Source: a virus (lineage: Duplodnaviria; Heunggongvirae; Uroviricota; Caudoviricetes). Taken from it: a stretch of DNA of 50,275 bases. The stretch is from positions 97,169 through 147,443 of the IMG/VR virus record IMGVR_UViG_2974540528_000001. The stretch is one strand, 5' to 3'. Position numbers and translations under genes: made by a program. A model generated the notes under the pieces. That model was not told the DNA's origin. It did no database searches and saw only the letters and a list, made by a program, of their open reading frames with translations. Below are positions 31,763-41,035 of this stretch, one piece after another. Every line of letters starts with the position of its first letter. The first letter of the stretch is position 1.

Positions 31763-31916
31763 AGTCGGGCAGACAGTTCAAGATACCTTGAGTGGTAGAC
31801 TGAAAACTATCACCGTTGCACAATACCAAGCCATAGACGGTATTGCACAATGGTGCTACTCATTTGACTCTTTGGGGTGGTATTTTTACCCAGAGGATGA
31901 GCTGGAGGCGGTGTAA
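31737..31916 (+). CDS. Hypothetical protein
   Basis: PKFKVGQTV pattern. Confidence 0.7.
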   Translation: MVRPEPKFKVGQTVQDTLSGRLKTITVAQYQAIDGIAQWCYSFDSLGWYFYPEDELEAV

Positions 31917-32335
31917 TGGGTCTGCGTGAATACTTAGCAGTGAAATTAAAACATGCAAAGGAGCAATCTATGGTTAAAGTGAATGGTAATACCATCACGA
32001 TCAACGGGGATACCGTCGTTAATGGTGACATTATTGGTGGAGACTTGAGTATTTCTGCAAATGGGGATAAAATCCTCATCAACGGAAAAGAAGTCTATAC
32101 CACTTCTGATAAAAACATTATCGTGGTCATCCACGGAAATACCGGGAGCATAAACACCACATCTGGGGATGTGAAGGTGTATGGCACAGCAGGTAATGTT
32201 AAGACTGTTTCTGGTGATGTCCGTATCGAAACAGGGTCACTTGCAGATGTGACCACCGTCTCGGGAGACGTTATAGCAGAAACCATTGAAGGTAATGTTA
32301 GAACAGTCTCAGGAGATGTCTCTCACCGTCGTTGA
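31916..32335 (+). CDS. Beta-repeat (DUF4097-like) protein
   Basis: Four T(T/V)SGDV repeats. Confidence 0.75.
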   Translation: MGLREYLAVKLKHAKEQSMVKVNGNTITINGDTVVNGDIIGGDLSISANGDKILINGKEVYTTSDKNIIVVIHGNTGSINTTSGDVKVYGTAGNVKTVSGDVRIETGSLADVTTVSGDVIAETIEGNVRTVSGDVSHRR

Positions 32336-32340
32336 TATAC

Positions 32341-32361
32341 AGCCCCGCAATGGGGCTTTTT
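32341..32361 (+). terminator. Rho-independent terminator
   Basis: AGCCCC-GCAAT-GGGGCT followed by T run. Confidence 0.85.
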
Positions 32362-32377
32362 AATTTGGAGTGTAAAT

Positions 32378-32980
32378 TTGAAATTAAGAAAAAAGGTTTT
32401 TAGTGTTGGAATAATGGATGTAACCACACCTGTGGCTACAAGAAACCCAAACTGGAGGTGCCCATACTATTCAAGATGGTTGTGGATGCTGACAAGATGC
32501 TATGACCCACAATACTTGGAGAACCATCCCTCTTATAACGGGGTGTCCGTATGCTCTGAATGGCTCGTATTCAGCAATTTCAAAGCATGGATGATGTCTC
32601 AAGATTGGGAAAATAAGGCTCTTGACAAGGATATCCTTGGTAATGGTAAATTATATTCCCCAGAGACCTGTGTTTTTGTTACTCAATCTTTGAATAACTT
32701 CTTTTTGTCTAGGGATTCTGCAAGGGGCGATTATGCGCTAGGGGTATCTTTTTACAAAGGTAAGTTTTGTGCAACAATTCGAGAGAACGGTAAAAGTATC
32801 TATTTAGGAAGATATGATGACCAAATTCTTGCCCATCAGGCATGGCAAAAAAGAAAGATATTGCAAATAAATAACATCATTGCTACAGTTGAGGACCAAA
32901 GACTTAAAGATGGCCTTTGTAGAAAGGCAAACGTACTAAAAGAAGACATCAAAAATGGGAGGTTAACATCAAATATCTAA
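32378..32980 (+). mobile_element. Free-standing HNH-type homing endonuclease with AP2-like C-terminus
   Basis: W..ML.RCY..VC.EW..F.NF..W..LDKD..YSPETC; AT-rich coding. Confidence 0.7.
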
Positions 32981-33501
32981 CTATTTTAATAGCACTACTA
33001 ACAACACTCTCAACAGGCCCAGTCATCGCGGAGCCTCTTAAAAGTGCTGCAAAGAAGCCCAAGGTAATTCATCTGTGCAAAAAAGATGATACAGCGGTAA
33101 ACATCTTGGCATGTAATATGTATCGAGAGGCCCGTGGAGAAAGCGACTCCGGGTTAATGTCGATCGCATTCGTGACTTTGAATCGTAAGGATAACGACAA
33201 ATATCCGGGGACCGTAAAGAAGATTGTCTACCAACCAGGACAATTCTCCTGGACATCTTCAGGAACAACGTTTAAAGTCTATGAAAAGGATCGCTGGGAT
33301 AAGGCACAAGAGTTTGCTAAAGTTCTGATCAAGATTCATAAACAGAACAGGGTCGTTTACGATGCTCTGGACATAACACACGGGGCCACTCACTACCATT
33401 CACGAAAAGTAAAACCCTACTGGACAAAGGCCATGCTACGCACAGTCAGGATCGATAACCATATATATTATAAAGAGAAAGAAGATTCTCAGGGGGCATG
33501 A
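32968..33501 (+). CDS. SleB-like cell wall hydrolase with signal peptide; apparent ATC start
   Basis: LACNMYREARGE, VYQPGQFSW, GATHYH; GGGAGGT RBS before ATC 32968. Confidence 0.8.
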   Translation: MKYLTILIALLTTLSTGPVIAEPLKSAAKKPKVIHLCKKDDTAVNILACNMYREARGESDSGLMSIAFVTLNRKDNDKYPGTVKKIVYQPGQFSWTSSGTTFKVYEKDRWDKAQEFAKVLIKIHKQNRVVYDALDITHGATHYHSRKVKPYWTKAMLRTVRIDNHIYYKEKEDSQGA

Positions 33502-33505
33502 ACTC

Positions 33506-33661
33506 ATGAAGAAATTCTTAGTAATATTTGTTTGCATTACCCCTCTGTGTGTGATATTGTCACTGTCACAGCCCATGTATTGGGAACAAATTTGTGGAGC
33601 ATACGCAATAGGTATGGCTACAGCGGCCTTTAGACTAAATATAAATAACTGCAAAAAGTAG
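33506..33661 (+). CDS. Small membrane protein (51 aa)
   Basis: Two hydrophobic segments. Confidence 0.6.
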   Translation: MKKFLVIFVCITPLCVILSLSQPMYWEQICGAYAIGMATAAFRLNINNCKK

Positions 33662-33670
33662 GAGAAGTAG

Positions 33671-35659
33671 ATGATAATCGAGCGTAATGAGAAGAAGGTA
33701 GAAGTTAGTACCAACGTCAAACGCTATCAGGCTGGTATCGCGATTAATGCTGAAACTTTCAGTATCTTGATCGATGGTATTTATGAGGACAAGATCCTTG
33801 CTGCCTGTCGTGAACCCCTGTTCAATGCGGTAGATGCACACACAGAAGCCGGATGCCGGGATAAACCGATTATCATTCACTCCCCAACTGACCTAGAACC
33901 GTGGTATTCTGTCAAGGATGGTGGTATTGGGATGGACTTTGACATGGTTACCCAGACCTTCATGATGCTGGGGTCGTCCACCAAACGTGAATCCAACGAT
34001 CTGATCGGTGCGAAAGGTATTGGTTCCAAGGCCCCGTTCACCGTTACGGACATGTTCAGTGTCATCTCCATCAAAGATGGTACTAAAACTGTGTACTCTG
34101 TTCATAAAGACCAAGGGATACCTGAGGTTGTGCCTCTCCACGAGTCAAAAACCATAGAAGAAAATGGTGTTGAAATCAAATTCAACGTTGACCCGGCAGA
34201 GACTGAGAAATACCGCCGTGCAATTATCAGTTGCCTGCGTTATGCTAAGTTCCCTTACGAGATCAATGACCCATTTGTGACTTCATCTATTCGAGACCGT
34301 ACCTACCCGGTGCAGTATACGTTCAAAGATGAAGAATCTGGTTGGATGCTGGAAATGTATTCGTCGGTATCTAACAATGCTGATAGCGTTGTGGTTATGG
34401 GACAACAGCCGTACAAATCAAAGTTTCTGAGCAATAACCCTGAATGGCCCCTGATGATGGTGTCCATCCCAATCGGGGATTGCGATGTCAATCCGGGACG
34501 TGAATGGACTATCGAGGGCAAGAATGACCGTGGCTTCGAAGAGCGCCTTAAGACATTCGTTCAGACGGCCCTTGATCGCCGTGGTGAAGAAATTTACCAT
34601 GAACTCCGTAAGCTTCCAAAACTTGCGGATGTTCTGGAGTATATGAAGCGAGTTGGCGGGTGGTTTGCTACAAAATACGGCGCAAAATACATTGCGGAAT
34701 TGTTCAGAGATTATGTTGACTCTGTAAGCGTCAAGGAATGTGTAACTTACAACGGCCACGGGGAGAAGCGTAGAACTGACAAAGACTATTCATATGCGGA
34801 TATGATGAATGGTTACCATCTTGTATACAACGACGACAATAAGCTGGTTAGAAGTAAATGTAATCAGTTGTTTGATGTAACAGGCAAGGCCGTCTATCTG
34901 ACGGACAATCTTGGTGTGGCACAAATGTGTGATAATCCATTCTTTGCGGGAATGATCCATAAGCTGTCGGATTTGGAAAAGCGTCCAGCATCGAAATCGG
35001 ATAAAAAGTATGGCGGCTATAGCCTGTATGAACCAGGGCATCCAGTATGGATCATTGAGCAGAGTGGAGCTATTAGGAAAACACGTATCTCCCGTGCGGA
35101 ATTTGATGATATCAAATATGCCATGATCTATTCTGGTGGTCAGGCACGAGGGACTTGTGACCTTGGGTCTACGGCGTACCTTTCTAACCGTCATCAACCG
35201 GAGACCTTCTTGTCAGATCTTGGTATTGATGATAAATTATACATCGTACCTTTAAACCGAGTGAGTTGGCTGGATGATGATGTTAGGATGATTACACAGG
35301 ACGACCTTTATAAGGTTGCAAGTTCAAACCTGTTGGATTATCATCTTAATCAGTTAACCAGACAGCGTGAGTATCGCTCTCTCTTGGACGACTTAAAGGG
35401 AATAGGTGTAGAGGTTGTCAAAGATCCTGAATACAAGGAAAAGGTTAATATGGCTAGTACCCTTTACCATGTTAAAGGTTATTATAGTGCAGAAAGAACT
35501 GCGAAGAGAATCGTCAATGGACGTATTCGTGTTGGGAAAAGCCTGATTAACAAGGTAAAAGAACGTTACCCGTTACTGAAGCACATCCCGATGGAGCATT
35601 TTAACTCACCAGAGGTGGCTGAGTATCGTAAATTTATTGATAGCAAAGGAGAGAAATAA
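33671..35659 (+). CDS. rIIA: rIIA-like protein
   Basis: N-terminal GHKL-like motifs (REPLFNAVDA, DGGIGM, GAKGIGSK); adjacent to rIIB. Confidence 0.85.
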   Translation: MIIERNEKKVEVSTNVKRYQAGIAINAETFSILIDGIYEDKILAACREPLFNAVDAHTEAGCRDKPIIIHSPTDLEPWYSVKDGGIGMDFDMVTQTFMMLGSSTKRESNDLIGAKGIGSKAPFTVTDMFSVISIKDGTKTVYSVHKDQGIPEVVPLHESKTIEENGVEIKFNVDPAETEKYRRAIISCLRYAKFPYEINDPFVTSSIRDRTYPVQYTFKDEESGWMLEMYSSVSNNADSVVVMGQQPYKSKFLSNNPEWPLMMVSIPIGDCDVNPGREWTIEGKNDRGFEERLKTFVQTALDRRGEEIYHELRKLPKLADVLEYMKRVGGWFATKYGAKYIAELFRDYVDSVSVKECVTYNGHGEKRRTDKDYSYADMMNGYHLVYNDDNKLVRSKCNQLFDVTGKAVYLTDNLGVAQMCDNPFFAGMIHKLSDLEKRPASKSDKKYGGYSLYEPGHPVWIIEQSGAIRKTRISRAEFDDIKYAMIYSGGQARGTCDLGSTAYLSNRHQPETFLSDLGIDDKLYIVPLNRVSWLDDDVRMITQDDLYKVASSNLLDYHLNQLTRQREYRSLLDDLKGIGVEVVKDPEYKEKVNMASTLYHVKGYYSAERTAKRIVNGRIRVGKSLINKVKERYPLLKHIPMEHFNSPEVAEYRKFIDSKGEK

Positions 35660-36894
35660 TGAGTGATCTTTTTAAATCCCGTGCAGATGCTCGTGTTTGT
35701 GCTGCAAGTCGTGGTATGAAGGTTGTGGACCGTGGTGTATCCCCAGCGGTGCTGGCAGAGGGGCGTTGGATGGTTGTCCCCAAAGATAGTATTGGTGCTT
35801 CCCCGGAAAAGACGATTTCCTTCGATATGGAAACTTACCCTGCGCCAACTGCCTCTATGTTCTTTGCGAGTCGGGGAGAGGCCCGAGCATTCTCTAAGAC
35901 TGTACAGAATGCGAAGATTATCGATCATGCAAAGACAACAGCAGGACATGACAAAGAGGAGGGAGTTGTCAAGGACCTTGGCAAGCGTGGTAAGCGCTGG
36001 GAAGTGGTGTTCGTGGTTTCTGATGTAGAAGTGAGCGTTACTGTTCCTCAGCTTCCAGAACCTACACCTGTGCCTATTAAGATTTCGGTTGTTGATGACA
36101 CGAAAGCTGATCCCATTGTCATCATGACACCAGGCAACGTTTCCATCACACTTCCAGATGGAACCATTCATACTCTGGGCAGTAACAGCGAAATCTTTAA
36201 CGACGTCGGTATGTTGCTGTTAAACAACAAGATCGACGAAGCCGTAGCGCTTATTGAAGCGGGGATCGCTGCAAAAGCTGAAGTGGCAATCGACCTTGGA
36301 CCGGATATGAAGCTGCTAGACGGAATTCTGTACTGGCACGGTATCAAACAAGAAAGCGGTATTGCTCGCCGTATTGTTTCCGATATCGAGACGGGGAAGT
36401 TCGATAACCGTTATGTCGAGTTCATGCGGAAGCTGATGCTCAATCCTTCTTACAAATCGGTTGAAATGCTGTACGACTTCTTGGAGCATAACAAGTTCGA
36501 GATTCTGGAGAATGGCAACATCTTGGCCTACAAGGGTCTTAAACGCACTGAGAATGGTCCTCGTGACTGGTTCACAGGCTTGGTCCCTAACTGGGCTAAC
36601 ACCACAGTCACTATGCCAAGAAACATGGTTGAAGATGACCCAACCAAAGCTTGTAGCCAGGGTTTACATATCGCCTCCAAGGAATATGCCCGTGATTATG
36701 GTAATGTGGTTGAGGTATCTGTTGACCCGGCAGACATTGTTAGCGTACCATATAACTACAATAACAAGAAATGCCGCTGCTGCCGCTATGAGGTATTGAC
36801 AGGAAAAGAAAAGCCAGCAGGTGCTCCTGATGTTATTGTTGTGGGTGTAAGGGGTGCTATCCTGGACGAAATTTATCTCGATAAGGAGGATTAA
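35659..36894 (+). CDS. rIIB: rIIB-like protein
   Basis: NPS...LYDFL...LAYK...CSQGLH..Y..YG..V.VDPADIVSVP..K.RCCRYEV. Confidence 0.9.
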   Translation: MSDLFKSRADARVCAASRGMKVVDRGVSPAVLAEGRWMVVPKDSIGASPEKTISFDMETYPAPTASMFFASRGEARAFSKTVQNAKIIDHAKTTAGHDKEEGVVKDLGKRGKRWEVVFVVSDVEVSVTVPQLPEPTPVPIKISVVDDTKADPIVIMTPGNVSITLPDGTIHTLGSNSEIFNDVGMLLLNNKIDEAVALIEAGIAAKAEVAIDLGPDMKLLDGILYWHGIKQESGIARRIVSDIETGKFDNRYVEFMRKLMLNPSYKSVEMLYDFLEHNKFEILENGNILAYKGLKRTENGPRDWFTGLVPNWANTTVTMPRNMVEDDPTKACSQGLHIASKEYARDYGNVVEVSVDPADIVSVPYNYNNKKCRCCRYEVLTGKEKPAGAPDVIVVGVRGAILDEIYLDKED

Positions 36895-38201
36895 TGTCTG
36901 ATTTTGGAGTGGGAACGGAAGAGGCCTTAGGTGCTATCATTGAAGGCAAAAACGTTTTCATTACGGGACCTGGTGGTAGTGGCAAGAGCCATCTGATCAA
37001 AACAATCCAATCCCTGTATCCAAGTTCAACATTAACAGTGGCCCCGACAGGGGTCGCTTCACTTAATGTTGATGGAATGACAACTCATCGAGCTTTCGGG
37101 TTATCAATGGGGATAGCCACAGAAGATGATGGTAAGACAGTAAAAACTAAACCTAAAAAACTTTTAAAAAGCAAATCTCTTGAGCGTATCATTATTGATG
37201 AAATATCTATGGTGCGAGCCGACAAATTGTGGGAAATGGATCAGAAACTACGTGTTGCGAGAAGGGAGCCTAAGAAAGCTTTCGGCGGTCTTCAGGTCAT
37301 CATGTTTGGTGATTTCTTTCAGAATCCTCCAGTTCTGACAGATTCTGAAGAAAACGCTTACTTCGAACTCCACAGCACAGAATTATCGTGTTTCTCAGAC
37401 ACTTGGGGAGAGATAAATCCATACCCTGTACTTCTTGACAAGATTTATCGTCAAAACAGCGTGCATTTTTCATCGCTATTGAATCATATGAGGAAAGGCG
37501 AGCGTATTGATGAAATAGTTAAATTCCTCAACAATCAGTGCTATTCAAAAGGTGCAGCACTGAATGCGATTACCCTGACTTCAACTAATGCCGCGGCGGA
37601 ACGTATCAACAAAAAGCATTACGATCAGATACCGGGTGAAGAGGTTATTTACAAAGCCTCCAAAACAGGAGATTTTGCCCAGCGTCCAGTTGCTGAGAGT
37701 CTACACCTCAAGGTAGGGACTCGTGTCATGATCACCGTTAATGATCAGAATCCAGATGAAGACGGTCCTAAATTTGTAAACGGAACACGGGGTATTATCA
37801 AGGCCCTAAGGAAGTTTTCGGTAGATGTAGAACTGGAAGACGGCAAGGTTGTAGAGATCGAAAAGAATGTCTGGGAAAATGTTGAATACTTCCCAAGAAA
37901 GGTTATCAAGAATGGTAAGACTGAAGAGGAATTGGAAAAGATTGTTGTTGGAACATACACAAACTTACCCATTCGACTTGGTTATGCAGTGACCATTCAC
38001 AAAGCTCAAGGCTTGACTTTGCCAGAGGTTAATATAGACTTTGGTTATGGAGCTTTTGCTCCTGGGATGGCCTATGTTGCCTTTAGCAGGGCCACTTCTA
38101 CAAAAGGTTTAAGATTGTTGCGTCCGGTTAAAGAACGTGATATTATCGTAGACCAAAGAATTGTTAAATTCTACAAAGACACATTCCCAGGAAAATTTTA
38201 G
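36894..38201 (+). CDS. Pif1/RecD-like SF1B DNA helicase
   Basis: GPGGSGKS, IIDEISMV, GDFFQNPPV, YAVTIHKAQGLT. Confidence 0.9.
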   Translation: MSDFGVGTEEALGAIIEGKNVFITGPGGSGKSHLIKTIQSLYPSSTLTVAPTGVASLNVDGMTTHRAFGLSMGIATEDDGKTVKTKPKKLLKSKSLERIIIDEISMVRADKLWEMDQKLRVARREPKKAFGGLQVIMFGDFFQNPPVLTDSEENAYFELHSTELSCFSDTWGEINPYPVLLDKIYRQNSVHFSSLLNHMRKGERIDEIVKFLNNQCYSKGAALNAITLTSTNAAAERINKKHYDQIPGEEVIYKASKTGDFAQRPVAESLHLKVGTRVMITVNDQNPDEDGPKFVNGTRGIIKALRKFSVDVELEDGKVVEIEKNVWENVEYFPRKVIKNGKTEEELEKIVVGTYTNLPIRLGYAVTIHKAQGLTLPEVNIDFGYGAFAPGMAYVAFSRATSTKGLRLLRPVKERDIIVDQRIVKFYKDTFPGKF

Positions 38202-38210
38202 GAGAAAATA

Positions 38211-38669
38211 ATGGCATCATATTCTCGTCTGGAGCTGGTAGAAAAGTTCCGCAAAGAACTTGAAGTATGGAATCAATGGCAGGTTCCTCGCTCTGAAAAA
38301 GCTATGGACACTACCCACATCCAAATGGCCTCTCTTGACGAGATGATGTCTGCTTATGGGTATGTCCCTCGTCGTCTTCCGAACTTCCCAGAAGTTAAAG
38401 ATGGCCGCTTTGGCTACCAGCTTGCATTCCCTCGGTGTAAAAAGATTTGTCGCCCATTCTTTATCTCGTTACAGGATGCAGTTAGCATCCATAATGGCAA
38501 TGGGTACAAGGGGAATCCATTCCGTAGGTTGGGGGATCGCATGAGTTTTGCTCTACAGAACCGTATTGTTGAGCAGGTGGCGGTTCAGAGGGACAAGTCT
38601 TTAGAAGGTGGTATCAAATCAACTAAGAAGTGGATTAAGTTCTATGAGGAGAACAAAAATGCAGGTTGA
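38211..38669 (+). CDS. Hypothetical protein
   Basis: AGGAG RBS. Confidence 0.8.
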   Translation: MASYSRLELVEKFRKELEVWNQWQVPRSEKAMDTTHIQMASLDEMMSAYGYVPRRLPNFPEVKDGRFGYQLAFPRCKKICRPFFISLQDAVSIHNGNGYKGNPFRRLGDRMSFALQNRIVEQVAVQRDKSLEGGIKSTKKWIKFYEENKNAG

Positions 38670-38838
38670 AGACTTCACTGACCTGAGCAAGGTCTCAATG
38701 GAGAAGCTTTTGAAACTCCGTGACGTGGCTCGCGATTATTATGATGATATGCAGCAAGCAGAGGTTGAAGCGTGGAATCGCCTCAGTGATATCGAGAAAG
38801 AATTAGAGGAGCGAAAGAATGCTCAAAAAACTGTTTAA
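38659..38838 (+). CDS. Small coiled-coil protein
   Basis: GAGGAG RBS. Confidence 0.7.
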   Translation: MQVEDFTDLSKVSMEKLLKLRDVARDYYDDMQQAEVEAWNRLSDIEKELEERKNAQKTV

Positions 38839-39133
38839 TTGGCTATTTGCAAAAGAAGATGAGGCCTCAGAGCACGAAGTCAGGGTATTTGACTTCACAG
38901 AACAAGGTCCTGGACATGATATCGCTATACGAGTCATCAATGATGGGGAATACGCAGAGGCAGTGGTTGCCCTGAAACTTGCGGATCTGCCGCCTGCGGT
39001 TGGTGACTTCATTGTCGTAGTTATTGATGGCGCTTGGAATACTTTTGTGGTAGAAACTTCAGAATGTGTAAGCCTGACAGTTACTAAATTGACACTGACT
39101 CGTTATGAAGGTGCAGAAGATGAAAAATCGTGA
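38819..39133 (+). CDS. Hypothetical protein
   Basis: GAGGAG RBS. Confidence 0.75.
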   Translation: MLKKLFNWLFAKEDEASEHEVRVFDFTEQGPGHDIAIRVINDGEYAEAVVALKLADLPPAVGDFIVVVIDGAWNTFVVETSECVSLTVTKLTLTRYEGAEDEKS

Positions 39134-39602
39134 AAATATTTGTAAGCTTATTGATGATTTGGAGCGCATCGCAAGACAAGCAACACCAGGTAAGTGGTGG
39201 ATAGATTCACATGGTCATGCTATGGTTGCATTTTCAACGGAAGATGCTGGCATGGAAACAGTGTTTGTGACAGACGGGAATATGGGTCCGGTTGTGCGCC
39301 ATGAGAACACAGGTAATCTTTCGGCTTGGCGCAATGATATGGATGCAACATACATTGCGACTGCCTGCCCTCAGAATGTGCTGGCAGTTCTGGAATATCT
39401 AAGTTCTGGTGCTAACGCGTGGAATACCATAAGCACTTATATGGAAACTCGCTTGCATGGTGATGCAGCCGCTTTACGTAATGATGTAAGCCGAAAGTTG
39501 TTTGATGACGGTTGTCATAGTGCAGCAGTCCATGCAATTCAGTTTATCGAGGCACTGATTGACCAGAATATTGAATTAAAGGCCGAACTGGAGTCTAAAT
39601 GA
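39120..39602 (+). CDS. Ead/Ea22-like protein
   Basis: ATPGKW...DATYIATACPQNVLAVL. Confidence 0.65.
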   Translation: MKNRENICKLIDDLERIARQATPGKWWIDSHGHAMVAFSTEDAGMETVFVTDGNMGPVVRHENTGNLSAWRNDMDATYIATACPQNVLAVLEYLSSGANAWNTISTYMETRLHGDAAALRNDVSRKLFDDGCHSAAVHAIQFIEALIDQNIELKAELESK

Positions 39603-39835
39603 TCAAAGATTGTTTTGGGAATGAGGCGAGAGTTGGCGACAAGATCGCCTTCTCTCAAGGCAATGCTGGAGCAAAAAAGTGGGAATTCGGGGAGATCACC
39701 CGAATAACCGATAAGTGTATATATTTTCGTGGTCGCGCCGGGGGAATGTTCCGTGACTGGCGTGATGATACCGAGCTTCGCCGTGGAGAAGGCGCGTTCG
39801 TAATTAATTTAGAAGCGAGAGGACTTAATGAGTAA
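39599..39835 (+). CDS. Hypothetical protein
   Basis: ATGA coupling. Confidence 0.75.
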   Translation: MIKDCFGNEARVGDKIAFSQGNAGAKKWEFGEITRITDKCIYFRGRAGGMFRDWRDDTELRRGEGAFVINLEARGLNE

Positions 39836-40112
39836 AGCCGCACTTCCTGTAGAGATCGAATTCAGTTATGACCACCCTACTGCGGGTGTCGTCACCGTCG
39901 AAGCACTTTATTCTGTGATGGAAGGCGACCGTAACAGTCGTGAAAGCGATGTAGATTACAACGGTTTCCAAGATTTGGAGTATTATGCTGTATTCTCTGG
40001 AGATAAACAGATCTACGTTGACATTCCAGATGATGTCCTATACCATCATTTACGCGAGTATATCCGCAATCTTGAAATTGTAGGCTGCTTCCAGGAAGAG
40101 GAGGAGTTTTAA
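39828..40112 (+). CDS. Acidic hypothetical protein
   Basis: GAGGA RBS. Confidence 0.75.
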   Translation: MSKAALPVEIEFSYDHPTAGVVTVEALYSVMEGDRNSRESDVDYNGFQDLEYYAVFSGDKQIYVDIPDDVLYHHLREYIRNLEIVGCFQEEEEF

Positions 40113-40113
40113 A

Positions 40114-40332
40114 ATGAAACATGAAGTTAAAGTCGTTGAATTCGAATTCGGTAAACACAGAGGTCCAGACTATGTGGCTAAAGTGTTGGCAGAACATCTT
40201 GACGAAGGGTATACTATCGTAGGGCAATCTGAAAGCGCTAGATATCTGACCTACACCCTGGTTAAAATTATTCCAATTTCCATGATGGGTACGGTAACAA
40301 ATGCCGATCACCAAGGGGTCAGTTTCCACTAA
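40114..40332 (+). CDS. Hypothetical protein
   Basis: GAGGAG RBS. Confidence 0.75.
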   Translation: MKHEVKVVEFEFGKHRGPDYVAKVLAEHLDEGYTIVGQSESARYLTYTLVKIIPISMMGTVTNADHQGVSFH

Positions 40333-40342
40333 GGGAGGGCGT

Positions 40343-41035
40343 TTGAAGAAGAAAGTGATCATTCTTTATGATTACACTTCGGTCATGGCCCGTCCTTGGT
40401 TAGAGGCTGGCTATGAGGTTTGGACTTTTGATGGTCAACATTCACCAGGAGTCACCCGCGAGGGTGACCTTGTTAAAGTCGGGATGTGGTTCTTCCACGA
40501 CAAGACCGTTCAACAAGCTCAAGAGATCAAAGAAATGGTTGGTGACAATGTTCACATCGTCTTTGGTTTCCCGGAATGTACTCACCTGACCAATGCAGGT
40601 TCACGTCATTGGGCTAAGAAAAGAGCAGCAAACCCTAACTTCCAGAAGGAAGCAATGGAACTTTGCCTATTGGTAGAGAAGGTTGGAGATTTATATAATG
40701 TTCCGTGGGCCTTTGAAAACCCTGTCGGTGTTCTCTCTTCAATGTATCGAAAACCTGATTACATGTTTGATCCTAAGGATTACGGCGGGTATCTCCCAAC
40801 CACTGATATACACCCACTATATCCGCACGTATACCCTCCTCAGGACGCGTATAACAAGAAGACGTGCATTTGGATGGGCAATGGCGCAAAACAGCCTGAC
40901 AAGCTTCCTGTGAAGGAATTGTACAAGGACAATCCAGGCTGGAAGAAGTGTGGTGGCAAATCCACCAAGACTAAAAATATTCGTAGTTGTACACCTCGCG
41001 GTTTTGCGGAGGCGTTTTACCAGAAAAATAAATGA
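40343..41035 (+). CDS. Divergent DNA cytosine-5 methyltransferase
   Basis: FPEC (motif IV variant), ENPV, YNKKTCIW, RSCTPRGF; TTG start after GGGAGG. Confidence 0.7.
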   Translation: MKKKVIILYDYTSVMARPWLEAGYEVWTFDGQHSPGVTREGDLVKVGMWFFHDKTVQQAQEIKEMVGDNVHIVFGFPECTHLTNAGSRHWAKKRAANPNFQKEAMELCLLVEKVGDLYNVPWAFENPVGVLSSMYRKPDYMFDPKDYGGYLPTTDIHPLYPHVYPPQDAYNKKTCIWMGNGAKQPDKLPVKELYKDNPGWKKCGGKSTKTKNIRSCTPRGFAEAFYQKNK

